Source: Candidatus Latescibacterota bacterium (lineage in GTDB: Bacteria > Latescibacterota > UBA2968). From it: a stretch of 64,000 bases of DNA. Below, piece by piece: positions 37,524-46,938 of the stretch. Position numbers and translations under genes: made by a program. The notes under the pieces are model-generated. The model ran no database searches, was not told where the DNA came from, and saw only the letters and a program-made list of their open reading frames with translations. The DNA lies in assembly GCA_965232265.1 (NCBI GenBank), contig CBDDPH010000002.1:350216-414215 (forward strand). Direction: 5' to 3'. Position 1 is the first letter of the stretch, and each line of letters begins with the position of its first letter.

Positions 37524-37741
37524 ATTGAAGCATCTGGTATATTGCCTACGACCATCTCGATTTCCACCCAATCCAGTACCCGAAGATCAGGCAGTTCAGG
37601 AATAAATGTCCTGCCTCTGTCGATCTCATCGACAACAGACATTGGGACCCTTATTTGCCCGAGTAGTTTATGCAAAACATCTAACAACCCGAGCCGGGCA
37701 AAATAACAAATAGGCGAAGTATCACTGATCCAGATCGGCAC
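37520..37741 (-). pseudogene. truncated DUF3368/PIN-domain toxin
   Basis: ISDTSPI..LLDVLHKL..VPMSVVDEI N-terminal PIN half only; stop falls in the tandem duplication. Confidence 0.65.
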
Positions 37742-37991
37742 GTAGTCCTTTAACCTCAGCCTTTAACTCTTCGGGAGTAATCTGAAAAGGCGACACATTG
37801 TAATGGCCTAATTCATTGAGAAATTCAACCCGCGAAATTCCCGCAAATTCGGCTGCCCGACCGCTGGAAATGCGCCCGAGTTCATAAAGCTTAACAGCCG
37901 CCAACATCCGAATCTCTCCAGTGAGTTCATCATCCGTCAATTCTACATCTCCGAGCGGCTGGTCGGGAAGCGAGAGCGTAATAGTTCTCAT
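37722..37991 (-). CDS. UPF0175 family antitoxin
   Basis: AAVKLYELGRISSGRAAEFAGISRVEFL. Confidence 0.85.
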   Translation of the reverse strand: MRTITLSLPDQPLGDVELTDDELTGEIRMLAAVKLYELGRISSGRAAEFAGISRVEFLNELGHYNVSPFQITPEELKAEVKGLRADLDQ

Positions 37992-38035
37992 AGATAGCTC
38001 TCCTCGTTTTATTGGTGTCATTATTTGTCCCTGCC

Positions 38036-39169
38036 TTAGAGGCCGAGATCATTGAGATTGTAGTTTTTCAAAATACTCTCCCGCGTCTCCTCATTCCAGC
38101 GGTTGGCGTCCTCCTCTCCAATCAGAGGCTGATAAACATAGCGAAATTCATCTGGAAATCGCTGCTGCCGCGCATCAATCCCCAAAGCGATCAAACGAGA
38201 ACGCTCATAGATACGCTCCTCATCGTAAATCACCTCCTCATCCCCACGCCTCACCCGCGCATTCAGAACAGAAGACCGACGATGAAAGCCAAAATTGATC
38301 GTCATCCGCTTATCCGGCGACGTATTGGCAAAAGAAGCGTGCAGAGCCTGACGGTTGGACATAACCACATCGCCGGGCTCACACACCATGGGAACCGCCC
38401 CCGGCAAACGGTCAGAACCACCGTTATCCGCAATCATCGCTTTAATATCCAGCTTGCCCCGCTTGTGCGAACCGGGAATCACCCACACCCCGTTAGCCGC
38501 CGTACTCCCGAAAAGCTGAGCCATAAAATTAAACCCATGCGTACCCTCATCCCAATCGGGCCTGTCCCACTGCGTGGTACCGTCCTGATGCCAGGCCACT
38601 GATGCCCCCAGCCCCGGCTGCTTGACAATAATAGACTCCGTAAACGGCGTAAAATCCGGCCCATTAATCTGCTCTGCAACAGACAGCAGTTGGGGATGAC
38701 CATAAAGCCGCAAACAAGAATCCATAATTTGCAGTGGCGCAGCGATATTGGAAATCACATAAGCCGGCGCATCAGCCGGAGGCTCTGGCTCCGACATCCT
38801 GGCCGGATGCCGCCCATTATTGCTCGACGTACCCCCCACGGGATCACTCAGCGGTTTGACAAAGCGAAATGGCTGTCGCGCCAAATCCGCCCCGAGCGCT
38901 TTGCGACCCATTGAATCGACCAGCGCATCTTTCGTATGCGGCGCCCGCGCAAATGCATGCGCCAGATCCGCCTGCAAATCTTCGAGCTCCTCATCGCCCA
39001 GCGCACCCTCAAACACATAGAACCCCACGCGCCAATACGCCTCTGCAATATCCTCATCCAGCGTACCATCCGCATTAAACTTGATAGTACCGCGATTCCC
39101 AAGCGCGAACGCCATCTCCTCGCCCTCGCGGACATAAGCATCCTCTGATTTATCTATATCGCTCATCAT
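38036..39169 (-). CDS. PhyH-family Fe(II)/2OG dioxygenase (long form)
   Basis: WHQDG, NGVWVIPGSH, LHASFAN, RMTINFGF. Confidence 0.85.
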   Translation of the reverse strand: MMSDIDKSEDAYVREGEEMAFALGNRGTIKFNADGTLDEDIAEAYWRVGFYVFEGALGDEELEDLQADLAHAFARAPHTKDALVDSMGRKALGADLARQPFRFVKPLSDPVGGTSSNNGRHPARMSEPEPPADAPAYVISNIAAPLQIMDSCLRLYGHPQLLSVAEQINGPDFTPFTESIIVKQPGLGASVAWHQDGTTQWDRPDWDEGTHGFNFMAQLFGSTAANGVWVIPGSHKRGKLDIKAMIADNGGSDRLPGAVPMVCEPGDVVMSNRQALHASFANTSPDKRMTINFGFHRRSSVLNARVRRGDEEVIYDEERIYERSRLIALGIDARQQRFPDEFRYVYQPLIGEEDANRWNEETRESILKNYNLNDLGL

Positions 39170-39335
39170 AATCCTCCGTATTCACTTTAAGGGTGTTTCA
39201 ATACCTGTTAAACCAAAAGTACTGACACCTTTGAACACTTGTCAAGACAGAACGGGCTATTTTTATTGACGTATTGAGAAATTGGTAGTTATTTCTTAAC
39301 CTCAAAATCATATTCACGGATGAAAGGAGCGTATT

Positions 39336-40337
39336 ATGTCAAACAAAATTCGGGTAGCGGTCATTGGCACAGGACAGCGCGGACCGTCGCATGCGCGTGA
39401 GCTATTGGGATGCGATGAAGCCGAACTCGCACTCGTGTGCGACCTCGATGAAGAACGCGCCAAAAACGCGGCTGAAAATTTCAACGTAAAATACGAACTC
39501 GACCATCGGGAAGTCATCGCGCGGGACGACATTGACGCCCTGGCAATTGCGACGCACACGCGACACCACGCAGGCGTCATGCGCGATGCCGCCGCGGCAG
39601 GCAAACCATTTCTGGTCGAAAAACCATACTGCGACAGCGTTGAATCGGGCGTAGAAATCTGTGAAATAGCAGAAAAAAACAACGTCGTAGCAATGGTGGG
39701 CTATCAATCTCGCTTTACGGCTTTTGCCCAGGAAATGAAAGCACTCGCCTCACAGATCGACCTGATCCAAACCAACGTAACACTTCAACGCGGATTTTTT
39801 AACCCGCAGTATTTCTTCCCCGAACACTACAGCGGCATCCTCGACGCGCTCTCACACACCATGGACCTCGCTTTGTGGTGGACCGGCTCTTTGCCCGTAG
39901 AAGTCATGGGACACGAGCAATGCGGCCTGTTCAAACCCGACAAAGACGCCGTAGAATTTGTCAACATCACAACCCGGTGCGAAAACGGGCAAATCGTGTG
40001 TATGACGGGCAGCATGGCGGGCATCCAGATGCAGAACATCTATCAGATGGCGGGCTTGCGGGGAAATATTTCGTCGGTAGAACGCAATCGAATCCGATAC
40101 GTCACACATCTCGGATTTAACGAAGACAAAACACCGATAGATCTAAAAGCGGGAGAATGGACGGGATCGGGACAGCCGCCGACCGACATGTGGACGCACT
40201 TCGCGCAATGCGTGAAAGAAGGGCGAACAGATGTATCGCCCGGAGCGAGCCTGCGAGATGGACTCGCACAAGTAGCGGTAAGTGAAGGCGCGTACTTCTC
40301 TTCCCGCGAAGGAAAAGCCATCACAGTCTCGCTTTAG
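39336..40337 (+). CDS. Gfo/Idh/MocA oxidoreductase
   Basis: VIGTGQRG, VEKP, GYQSRF, DALSH. Confidence 0.85.
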   Translation: MSNKIRVAVIGTGQRGPSHARELLGCDEAELALVCDLDEERAKNAAENFNVKYELDHREVIARDDIDALAIATHTRHHAGVMRDAAAAGKPFLVEKPYCDSVESGVEICEIAEKNNVVAMVGYQSRFTAFAQEMKALASQIDLIQTNVTLQRGFFNPQYFFPEHYSGILDALSHTMDLALWWTGSLPVEVMGHEQCGLFKPDKDAVEFVNITTRCENGQIVCMTGSMAGIQMQNIYQMAGLRGNISSVERNRIRYVTHLGFNEDKTPIDLKAGEWTGSGQPPTDMWTHFAQCVKEGRTDVSPGASLRDGLAQVAVSEGAYFSSREGKAITVSL

Positions 40338-40352
40338 CCAGAGGAAAACAAA

Positions 40353-41136
40353 ATGAAACTCGGATGTCAGGCGAGATCTTATGGCAAAGGAATATACCCC
40401 AGCGAAGCGGACTTCCTCTCAGTTGTTCGCCAGATCGGAAACCTGTGTTTCAAGGGACTGGAAGCAAATTGGAAAAATCTGGAGCGACTATTTTCAAGAC
40501 CCCGAAGCATTCAAACGCATCCTATCCGAAACCAATCTCGAACTGATTGGCGCGCATTACGGTGCTGCACACTGGGATGAATCCTCGCGCAAACAAATCA
40601 GAACCGAAGGAAGTCAGATCGCCGACTTTGTATCCGCTGTTGGCGGACAGTACATAGTCTGCAGCGGACGGCGTCCAACACAGGGAACTGTATCAGACGA
40701 ACTGTGGGAAAAAACCGCAGAAGGCCTGAATCTGTTAGGCGAACACTGCGCGCCCAAAGGCGTCCAACTCGCCTATCACAACCACTGGTGGGAATCTGAA
40801 CAAGAGGGACTGGTCAAACTCGCATCATATACCGATCCGGTATATGTGGGATTCGCCTTTGACACCGGGCACCACATACGGGCGGGCAAAGACGCAATCG
40901 CATTGGTCAGAGAACTCTCAGACAGGCTACACATCATCCACCTCGCAGACCATTCAGAAGACGCCAAAGGCAATGCCCTTCGACCACAATTGGGCACAGG
41001 CGTATTAGACCTATCAACCTTGCGAAACGCACTACAAGGATTCACGGGCTGGCTTGTTTTAGAAGAAGAAAACAACGCCCCATCCCCAGAGGTACAGGTG
41101 GCCGAATGCATCGAAGTAATGAGGACAATGACTTAA
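40353..41136 (+). pseudogene. sugar-phosphate isomerase/epimerase (xylose isomerase-like TIM barrel) with a +1 frameshift near 40485-40488
   Basis: RBS and MKLGCQ..FKGLEANWKNLE in one frame; YFQDPEAFK..YHNH..FDTGH..IHLAD..LVLEEE in the next frame. Confidence 0.7.
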
Positions 41137-41166
41137 AATCCTCTGAATCCACGCGAAAGGAAAATT

Positions 41167-41691
41167 ATGGAATTCGTCCAAAAAGATGTGCAAATAATAT
41201 CGCACTATTTTCAAGACGACGGAGTGGTTCCAAATAGCGCATTCCCACTCATCGTCTATCAAGCTGCCCTATCACTACCCGAAGACGACCCTGCGCGGGC
41301 TTATGAGCAGGTATTTGCCGCCAATCGCTGGGCGCGTTCGTGGCGCAACGGCATTTATTCCTTTCACCACTACCACGCCACAGCGCACGAAGTACTGGGC
41401 ATAGCGCGGGGAAGTGCCAAAGTGTGCATGGGCGGTGAACAGGGCGTGCGCTTGACAATCGCACCGGGCGATGTCATGGTCATTCCCGCGGGCGTAGGAC
41501 ACAAAAATCTGGGCGCGAGTTCAGACTTACTGGTCGTAGGCGCGTATCCCGATGGACAGCAGCCGGACCTGTGTCGAGAAAGTGCCCGTGAACACAAACA
41601 GGCGCTGGAAAACATCCCCAAAGTACCGATGCCCGCTTCCGATCCGGTCTTTGGAACAAATGGTGCTGTAATGAATTTATGGAAAAAATGA
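41167..41691 (+). CDS. cupin-domain protein (YjlB-like)
   Basis: HHYHATAHEVL, PAGVGH, VVGAYP, DPVFG. Confidence 0.85.
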   Translation: MEFVQKDVQIISHYFQDDGVVPNSAFPLIVYQAALSLPEDDPARAYEQVFAANRWARSWRNGIYSFHHYHATAHEVLGIARGSAKVCMGGEQGVRLTIAPGDVMVIPAGVGHKNLGASSDLLVVGAYPDGQQPDLCRESAREHKQALENIPKVPMPASDPVFGTNGAVMNLWKK

Positions 41692-41698
41692 GGTTTTT

Positions 41699-43150
41699 AT
41701 GCAACCGACAAACATGCTCTACATCATATCCGATCAACACAATCGCAACCTGCTCGGGTGTTATGGTCACCCGATGGTACAAACCCCCAACCTGGATCGG
41801 CTATCCGAACAGGGCACGCGGTTTACCAATGCCTACACCAACTGTCCAATTTGCGTACCGGCGCGTGCATCTCTGGCCACGGGCCGCTACGTACATCAAA
41901 TTGGCAACTGGGATAATGGACATCCATACACCGGAAACGCGCCAAGCTGGCACCACCGCTTGCGCGAGCAGGGTCTTAACGCCACATCAATAGGCAAATT
42001 GCACTTTAAGGGCCAGGGCACAGATCACGGATTCACCGAAGAAATCGAACCCTTAAACGTCGTCGATGGCATAGGCGACGTACTCGGCTGCATCCGAGAA
42101 CAACCGCCCTTTCGCAACAAGCGACCGGGTATCCGGGAAGCGGGACCGGGCGACTCCACGTATTTGCAATACGACCAGCGCAACGCGGACAATGCGATAA
42201 AATGGTTACAAGAACATCGAGATGACGAAAAACCCTGGTGCCTGTTCCTGTCTTATGTGTGCCCACATCCCCCGTATATTTCGCCGCCAGACTTATATGA
42301 CATCTACGACCCGGACGAATTGCCCATGCCGCCGCAATGGCGAACCCAGGACTGGCCCGACCATCCCGCAATGGACTACTTCAGGCGATTCTTCACATTT
42401 GATCCCCAATTCCCCGAAGCCATCATACGACAACTAAACGCGGCGTACTACGGCGTATGCACATATCTGGACAGCCAAATTGGTCGGGTGCTAAACACCC
42501 TGGACGAACTGGAACTAACCGACACAACCCGCATCATCTACACAACAGACCACGGTGAACACCTGGGCGGACGCGGCATATACGGCAAATTTACCATGTA
42601 TGAAGAATCGGCCGCCGTACCCTTTCTGATGGCAGGTCCCGATGTCCCCACAGGCAAAGTCGTGGAAACACCTGTATCGCTCGTCGATAGCTACCCGACA
42701 ATTTTGGAAGCCGTGGGCGCGCAACAAACCGAAGCAGACGCAGACTTGCCCGGCGAATCGCTGTGGACCATTGCACAGGAAGAAAACCGCGACCGCACGG
42801 TATTTAGCGAATACCACGCGATAGGCGCACAAAATGGCGCGTATATGTTGCGCAACCGGCAATACAAATACATATATCACGTCAATAATCCGCCGCAACT
42901 ATTCGATACAACAGACGACCCCGAAGAGTGCCGCGACCTCGCGCAGTCGCCCGAACATCGGGAAATCATGGAAAATTTCGAACGCGAATTGCACGACCTC
43001 ATCGATCCCGAAACTGTGGATGCTCAAGCCAAAACCTCGCAACGAGAAATGATTGAATCTCTGGGCGGCAAAGAAGCCATCATCCATCGGGGCGCATTTG
43101 ACAACTCGCCCGTACCCGGTGAAGCACCAAAATTTCGACAACACGGATGA
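41699..43150 (+). CDS. sulfatase (choline-sulfatase-like)
   Basis: SDQH, CVPAR (formylglycine motif), GKLH, PHPP, DHGE. Confidence 0.9.
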   Translation: MQPTNMLYIISDQHNRNLLGCYGHPMVQTPNLDRLSEQGTRFTNAYTNCPICVPARASLATGRYVHQIGNWDNGHPYTGNAPSWHHRLREQGLNATSIGKLHFKGQGTDHGFTEEIEPLNVVDGIGDVLGCIREQPPFRNKRPGIREAGPGDSTYLQYDQRNADNAIKWLQEHRDDEKPWCLFLSYVCPHPPYISPPDLYDIYDPDELPMPPQWRTQDWPDHPAMDYFRRFFTFDPQFPEAIIRQLNAAYYGVCTYLDSQIGRVLNTLDELELTDTTRIIYTTDHGEHLGGRGIYGKFTMYEESAAVPFLMAGPDVPTGKVVETPVSLVDSYPTILEAVGAQQTEADADLPGESLWTIAQEENRDRTVFSEYHAIGAQNGAYMLRNRQYKYIYHVNNPPQLFDTTDDPEECRDLAQSPEHREIMENFERELHDLIDPETVDAQAKTSQREMIESLGGKEAIIHRGAFDNSPVPGEAPKFRQHG

Positions 43151-43260
43151 GAATTAGGAATTGGGAGTAAGGCGCACGCTTGGGGGTTGGTTAGGCTGAT
43201 CGCTTAGGGACTGGAGCTGGGTGGTCGTCTCACTTCTCACCTTATAGACCGGAGATCATC

Positions 43261-44736
43261 ATGGCCGAAACAGTCAAATTATTCCTCAATGGCGAATGGG
43301 TGGCATCCGAAGCAACGGAAACAGTACCGGTTTACAACCCATCGGACGGAACGGAAATAGCCGCAACACCCTTGTGTGGCGCATCAGAAATAGATCGCGT
43401 AGTGCAATCAGCCGCAGACGCATTTCCCGAATGGGCGAACACACCCGCCGTTGATCGCGCCCGCGTGATGTTCCGGCTCGTCGCGCTCATGGAAACCCAC
43501 TTTGAAGAACTGGCCCAACTCGTAACCCGCGAAAACGGCAAAACCATAGAAGATGCGCGAGGCGAAATTCGGCGCGGGATCGAAGTCGCAGAATTTGCCT
43601 GCGGTGCGCCCGCGCTCTTGATGGGCGACTCGCTGGAAAATATCGCACAGGGGATTGATTGCGACACCATCCGACAACCCATAGGCGTATCCGTGGGCAT
43701 CACGCCATTCAACTTTCCATCTATGGTACCCATGTGGACATTGCCCATTGCCCTCGTATGTGGCAACACCTACGTATTAAAGCCATCGGAGCGCGTGCCC
43801 TTAAGTGCGATTAAAATTGGCGAATTATTGGCCGAAGCCGGATTGCCGCCCGGCGCATTCAACATCGCACACGGCGGAAAAGACGCGGTAAATGCCCTGC
43901 TCGCCCATCCCGAAGTCAAAACCGTTTCATTCGTCGGTTCAACACCCGTGGCGCGCTATGTCTATGAAACAGCCACCCGCAATGGCAAACGCGTACAATC
44001 AGCCGGTGGCGCGAAAAATTACTTGATCGTATTGCCCGACGCCGACCTAGATTCAACCGTAGCTGCCGTCATGGGATCTGCTTATGGCTGCGCCGGAGAA
44101 CGGTGCATGGCCGGCAGTGTACTCGTCTGTGCCGAAGGTGCAGGCGACCGTTTCTTGGAACCGCTCAGTGAAACCGCACGCGAATTTCGGGTGGGACCAA
44201 CCGACCGCGATCCCAATGCGGATATGGGACCCGTCGTGACCAAAACGCACCTGCACCGCATCCATCAACATATCGAAAACGGGCTGCGAGAAGGCGCAGA
44301 ACTAATCGTGGATGGCCGCGATGTACACGTCGAAGAAACGCCGCACGGCTTCTATCTGGGCGCGACAATCTTCGACCGGGTAAAACCCCAGATGTCCATT
44401 GCGCGGGAAGAAATCTTCGGACCCGTATTATCGACCATGCACACAGATGACCTGAGCGGAGCCATTGCCCGGTGCAATGCCAGCGGATACGGCAACGCAG
44501 CCGTACTATTCACATCCAGTGGCGGAGCCGCGCGCAAATTTCGCCACGAAGTAAACGCCGGCATGGTCGGCATCAACATCGGCGTCCCCGCGCCCATGGC
44601 ATTCTTCCCATTTTCCGGGTGGAACAATTCCTTCTTCGGCGATTTACATGTACAGGGCACCGAAGGCATATCGTTCTTCACCCGACAAAAAGTAACAATC
44701 AGCCGGTGGATTGACACAAAGCGGCAATTCTTTTAG
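43261..44736 (+). CDS. mmsA: CoA-acylating methylmalonate-semialdehyde dehydrogenase
   Basis: ITPFNFP, LKPSERVP, GGAKN, GCAGERCMA, EIFGP, PAPMAFFPFSGW. Confidence 0.9.
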   Translation: MAETVKLFLNGEWVASEATETVPVYNPSDGTEIAATPLCGASEIDRVVQSAADAFPEWANTPAVDRARVMFRLVALMETHFEELAQLVTRENGKTIEDARGEIRRGIEVAEFACGAPALLMGDSLENIAQGIDCDTIRQPIGVSVGITPFNFPSMVPMWTLPIALVCGNTYVLKPSERVPLSAIKIGELLAEAGLPPGAFNIAHGGKDAVNALLAHPEVKTVSFVGSTPVARYVYETATRNGKRVQSAGGAKNYLIVLPDADLDSTVAAVMGSAYGCAGERCMAGSVLVCAEGAGDRFLEPLSETAREFRVGPTDRDPNADMGPVVTKTHLHRIHQHIENGLREGAELIVDGRDVHVEETPHGFYLGATIFDRVKPQMSIAREEIFGPVLSTMHTDDLSGAIARCNASGYGNAAVLFTSSGGAARKFRHEVNAGMVGINIGVPAPMAFFPFSGWNNSFFGDLHVQGTEGISFFTRQKVTISRWIDTKRQFF

Positions 44737-44763
44737 CATAGAGAGGCTCTTGTATCTTAAAAA

Positions 44764-44862
44764 CGGGCGACCACGGGCGGTGTACAACTGGTCACAGACC
44801 AGTTCACGGATCGCCCCTACGGTATATCCCTTCGTGTTTCTTCGTGTACCTTCGTGGATTTC
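44764..44862. repeat. GTAG-type REP with internal AACTGG hairpin, followed by TTCGTG repeats
   Basis: gggcgaccacgggc[ggtgtacaactggtcacagaccagttca]cggatcgcccctac 44765-44820; ttcgtgtttcttcgtgtaccttcgtggat 44831-44859. Confidence 0.75.
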
Positions 44863-44903
44863 ATATCTCACGCTTTCCCGCGGAGATGTGGTTGGGTGGC
44901 CTT

Positions 44904-45425
44904 ATGCACGCACTCGATTTTTGGAAAACAGTGACAATGGATCACAGCCGTTTTTTAGAGAAACTGATCGCTTTATTGGCAGAGCACGACATTGCGTATT
45001 GCGTAATTGGTGGTCAAGCTGTCAATGCTTATGCAGAGCCAGTGGTCAGCCTGGATCTCGATCTGGTTGTCGCTATTGCACACTTTGACCAGGTCGTAGC
45101 CCTGTTGGAAGCGAACTTTGAGGTAAAGCAATTTCCACATAGCCTCAACGTATATCAAAAAGGGTCGGACTTGCGCGTGCAGATACAAACAGATGCGCGA
45201 TATTTTGATTTTCCAAATCGCGCTGCACCACGCGAAATACTCGGCCTTGAACTGCCTGTTGCACGCCTTGAAGATACATTACAGGGCAAAATATGGGCTG
45301 CGATGGATACGGACCGACGCAGCAGCAAACGGCAAAAAGATCTGGCCGACATTGCTCGCCTCATTGAAACTTATCCTTTTCTACAATCGAGCGTTCCATC
45401 AGAAATCCTTTCAAAACTGGTGTAG
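44904..45425 (+). CDS. stand-alone nucleotidyltransferase (AbiEii-like)
   Basis: CVIGGQAVNAY..SLDLDLV; GKIWA..RSSKRQKDLADI. Confidence 0.7.
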   Translation: MHALDFWKTVTMDHSRFLEKLIALLAEHDIAYCVIGGQAVNAYAEPVVSLDLDLVVAIAHFDQVVALLEANFEVKQFPHSLNVYQKGSDLRVQIQTDARYFDFPNRAAPREILGLELPVARLEDTLQGKIWAAMDTDRRSSKRQKDLADIARLIETYPFLQSSVPSEILSKLV

Positions 45426-45449
45426 CGACCAGGCCAATCAGGAGGAAAC

Positions 45450-46793
45450 ATGGCAGACGATATCAAAGCTGCGGCGAAAACTGCGCGGCAAGCTGCACTT
45501 GCATTGAGTCAGGCAACGGAAAAACAGCGCAATGCCGCGCTCGAAACCATAGCACAGGCATTGCATACTAATCGCGATCGCGTTTTGGAAGCCAACAAAC
45601 GCGATCAGGCAGCAGCGGAAAAAATGCTGGCACAGGGGGAAATCACCCTCCCGCTGATCAAACGCCTAAAAGTAGATGATGAAAAGCTGGACAGTGAAAT
45701 AATCGTTGGCGTCCGCAGTGTCGCAGCCCAGGAAGACCCCATTGGCAAAACACAGGCCGCGACCGAATTGGACGAAGGCCTCAACCTCTATCGCGTAACC
45801 GTCCCAATCGGCGTCATCGGCGTGGTCTTTGAATCGCGCCCCGACGCACTGGTGCAAATCGCGACCCTGTGTCTAAAATCGGGCAATGCCGTCATGCTCA
45901 AAGGCGGCAGCGAAGCATTTCACACCAATCGCGCACTGGCTCAGGTTATGATCGCTGCAACGGCTGGCCTGGACGGCATCCCCGAAGGGTGGATGCACCT
46001 TCTGGAAGCACGAGAAGAAGTCGCGGGCATTCTCGAATTACACGACCTCATCGACCTGATCATCCCGCGCGGCGGTAATGAACTCGTGCAACACATCATG
46101 AACAACACCAAAATCCCCGTCATGGGACATGCCGACGGCATCTGCCATGTGTACGTGGATAAAGACGCCGATCTCGAAAAAGCCGTGCGCATCGCCATCG
46201 ACTCCAAAACGCAGTACGTGGCCGTCTGCAACGCCGCCGAAACCCTGCTGGTACACGCCGAAATTGCCAGAAACTTCTTCGCCACGGCAATACAACAACT
46301 CACCGACGAGGGCGTTCTAATCCGCGGCGACGCCCGCACCATGGCCCTCGCCGCCAGCGCAGATGCCCTGACCCCGGCCAGTGACAGCGACTGGTCAACC
46401 GAATACCTCGACTATGTCCTATCCGTCAAAGTCGTGGATTCGGTCGAAGAAGCAATCGCCCACATCAACGAATACAGCAGCCACCACACCGACTCGATCA
46501 TAACCGAAAACCAACAAGCCGCGAAGAGATTTTTGCAAGCCGTAGATTCGGCATCCGTCATACACAATGCTTCCACGCGATTTGCCGATGGATTTCGCTA
46601 TGGCCTCGGTGCCGAAGTGGGCATCAGCACCAACCGCCTGCACAGCCGTGGACCCGTAGGCCTGGAAGGTCTCGTCATCTACAAATACGTGGTGACAGGT
46701 AACGGACATATTGCGGGCGATTACATCGGCGAAAATGCCAGAACTTTTACACATCGCAAACTTGATCGCGGATTAGACGGATGGCGCAGATGA
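45450..46793 (+). CDS. proA: glutamate-5-semialdehyde dehydrogenase
   Basis: FESRP, LKGGSEA, IPRGG, CNAAETLL, NASTRFADG, HSRGPVGL. Confidence 0.95.
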   Translation: MADDIKAAAKTARQAALALSQATEKQRNAALETIAQALHTNRDRVLEANKRDQAAAEKMLAQGEITLPLIKRLKVDDEKLDSEIIVGVRSVAAQEDPIGKTQAATELDEGLNLYRVTVPIGVIGVVFESRPDALVQIATLCLKSGNAVMLKGGSEAFHTNRALAQVMIAATAGLDGIPEGWMHLLEAREEVAGILELHDLIDLIIPRGGNELVQHIMNNTKIPVMGHADGICHVYVDKDADLEKAVRIAIDSKTQYVAVCNAAETLLVHAEIARNFFATAIQQLTDEGVLIRGDARTMALAASADALTPASDSDWSTEYLDYVLSVKVVDSVEEAIAHINEYSSHHTDSIITENQQAAKRFLQAVDSASVIHNASTRFADGFRYGLGAEVGISTNRLHSRGPVGLEGLVIYKYVVTGNGHIAGDYIGENARTFTHRKLDRGLDGWRR

Positions 46794-46926
46794 ACGCGGA
46801 AAAAGCAACCATTGATGAACACCGATGGACACAGAGTAAAGGCTAACAGGCAGCCACCAGCTTGTACCCAGGTCCGGTGTGGCGGTGTGGGTAACTGACC
46901 ACTGACTACTGGCTACCGACTACTTC
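46775..46926. repeat. CGCAGATG-type repeats plus GGTGTGGG-TAACTG heptamer tract
   Basis: acggatggcgcagatgaacgcgga; gatgaacaccgatggacacaga; ggtgtgggtaactgaccactgactactggctaccgactac (compare 2374-2393). Confidence 0.6.
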
Positions 46927-46938
46927 TATGGAGATATC

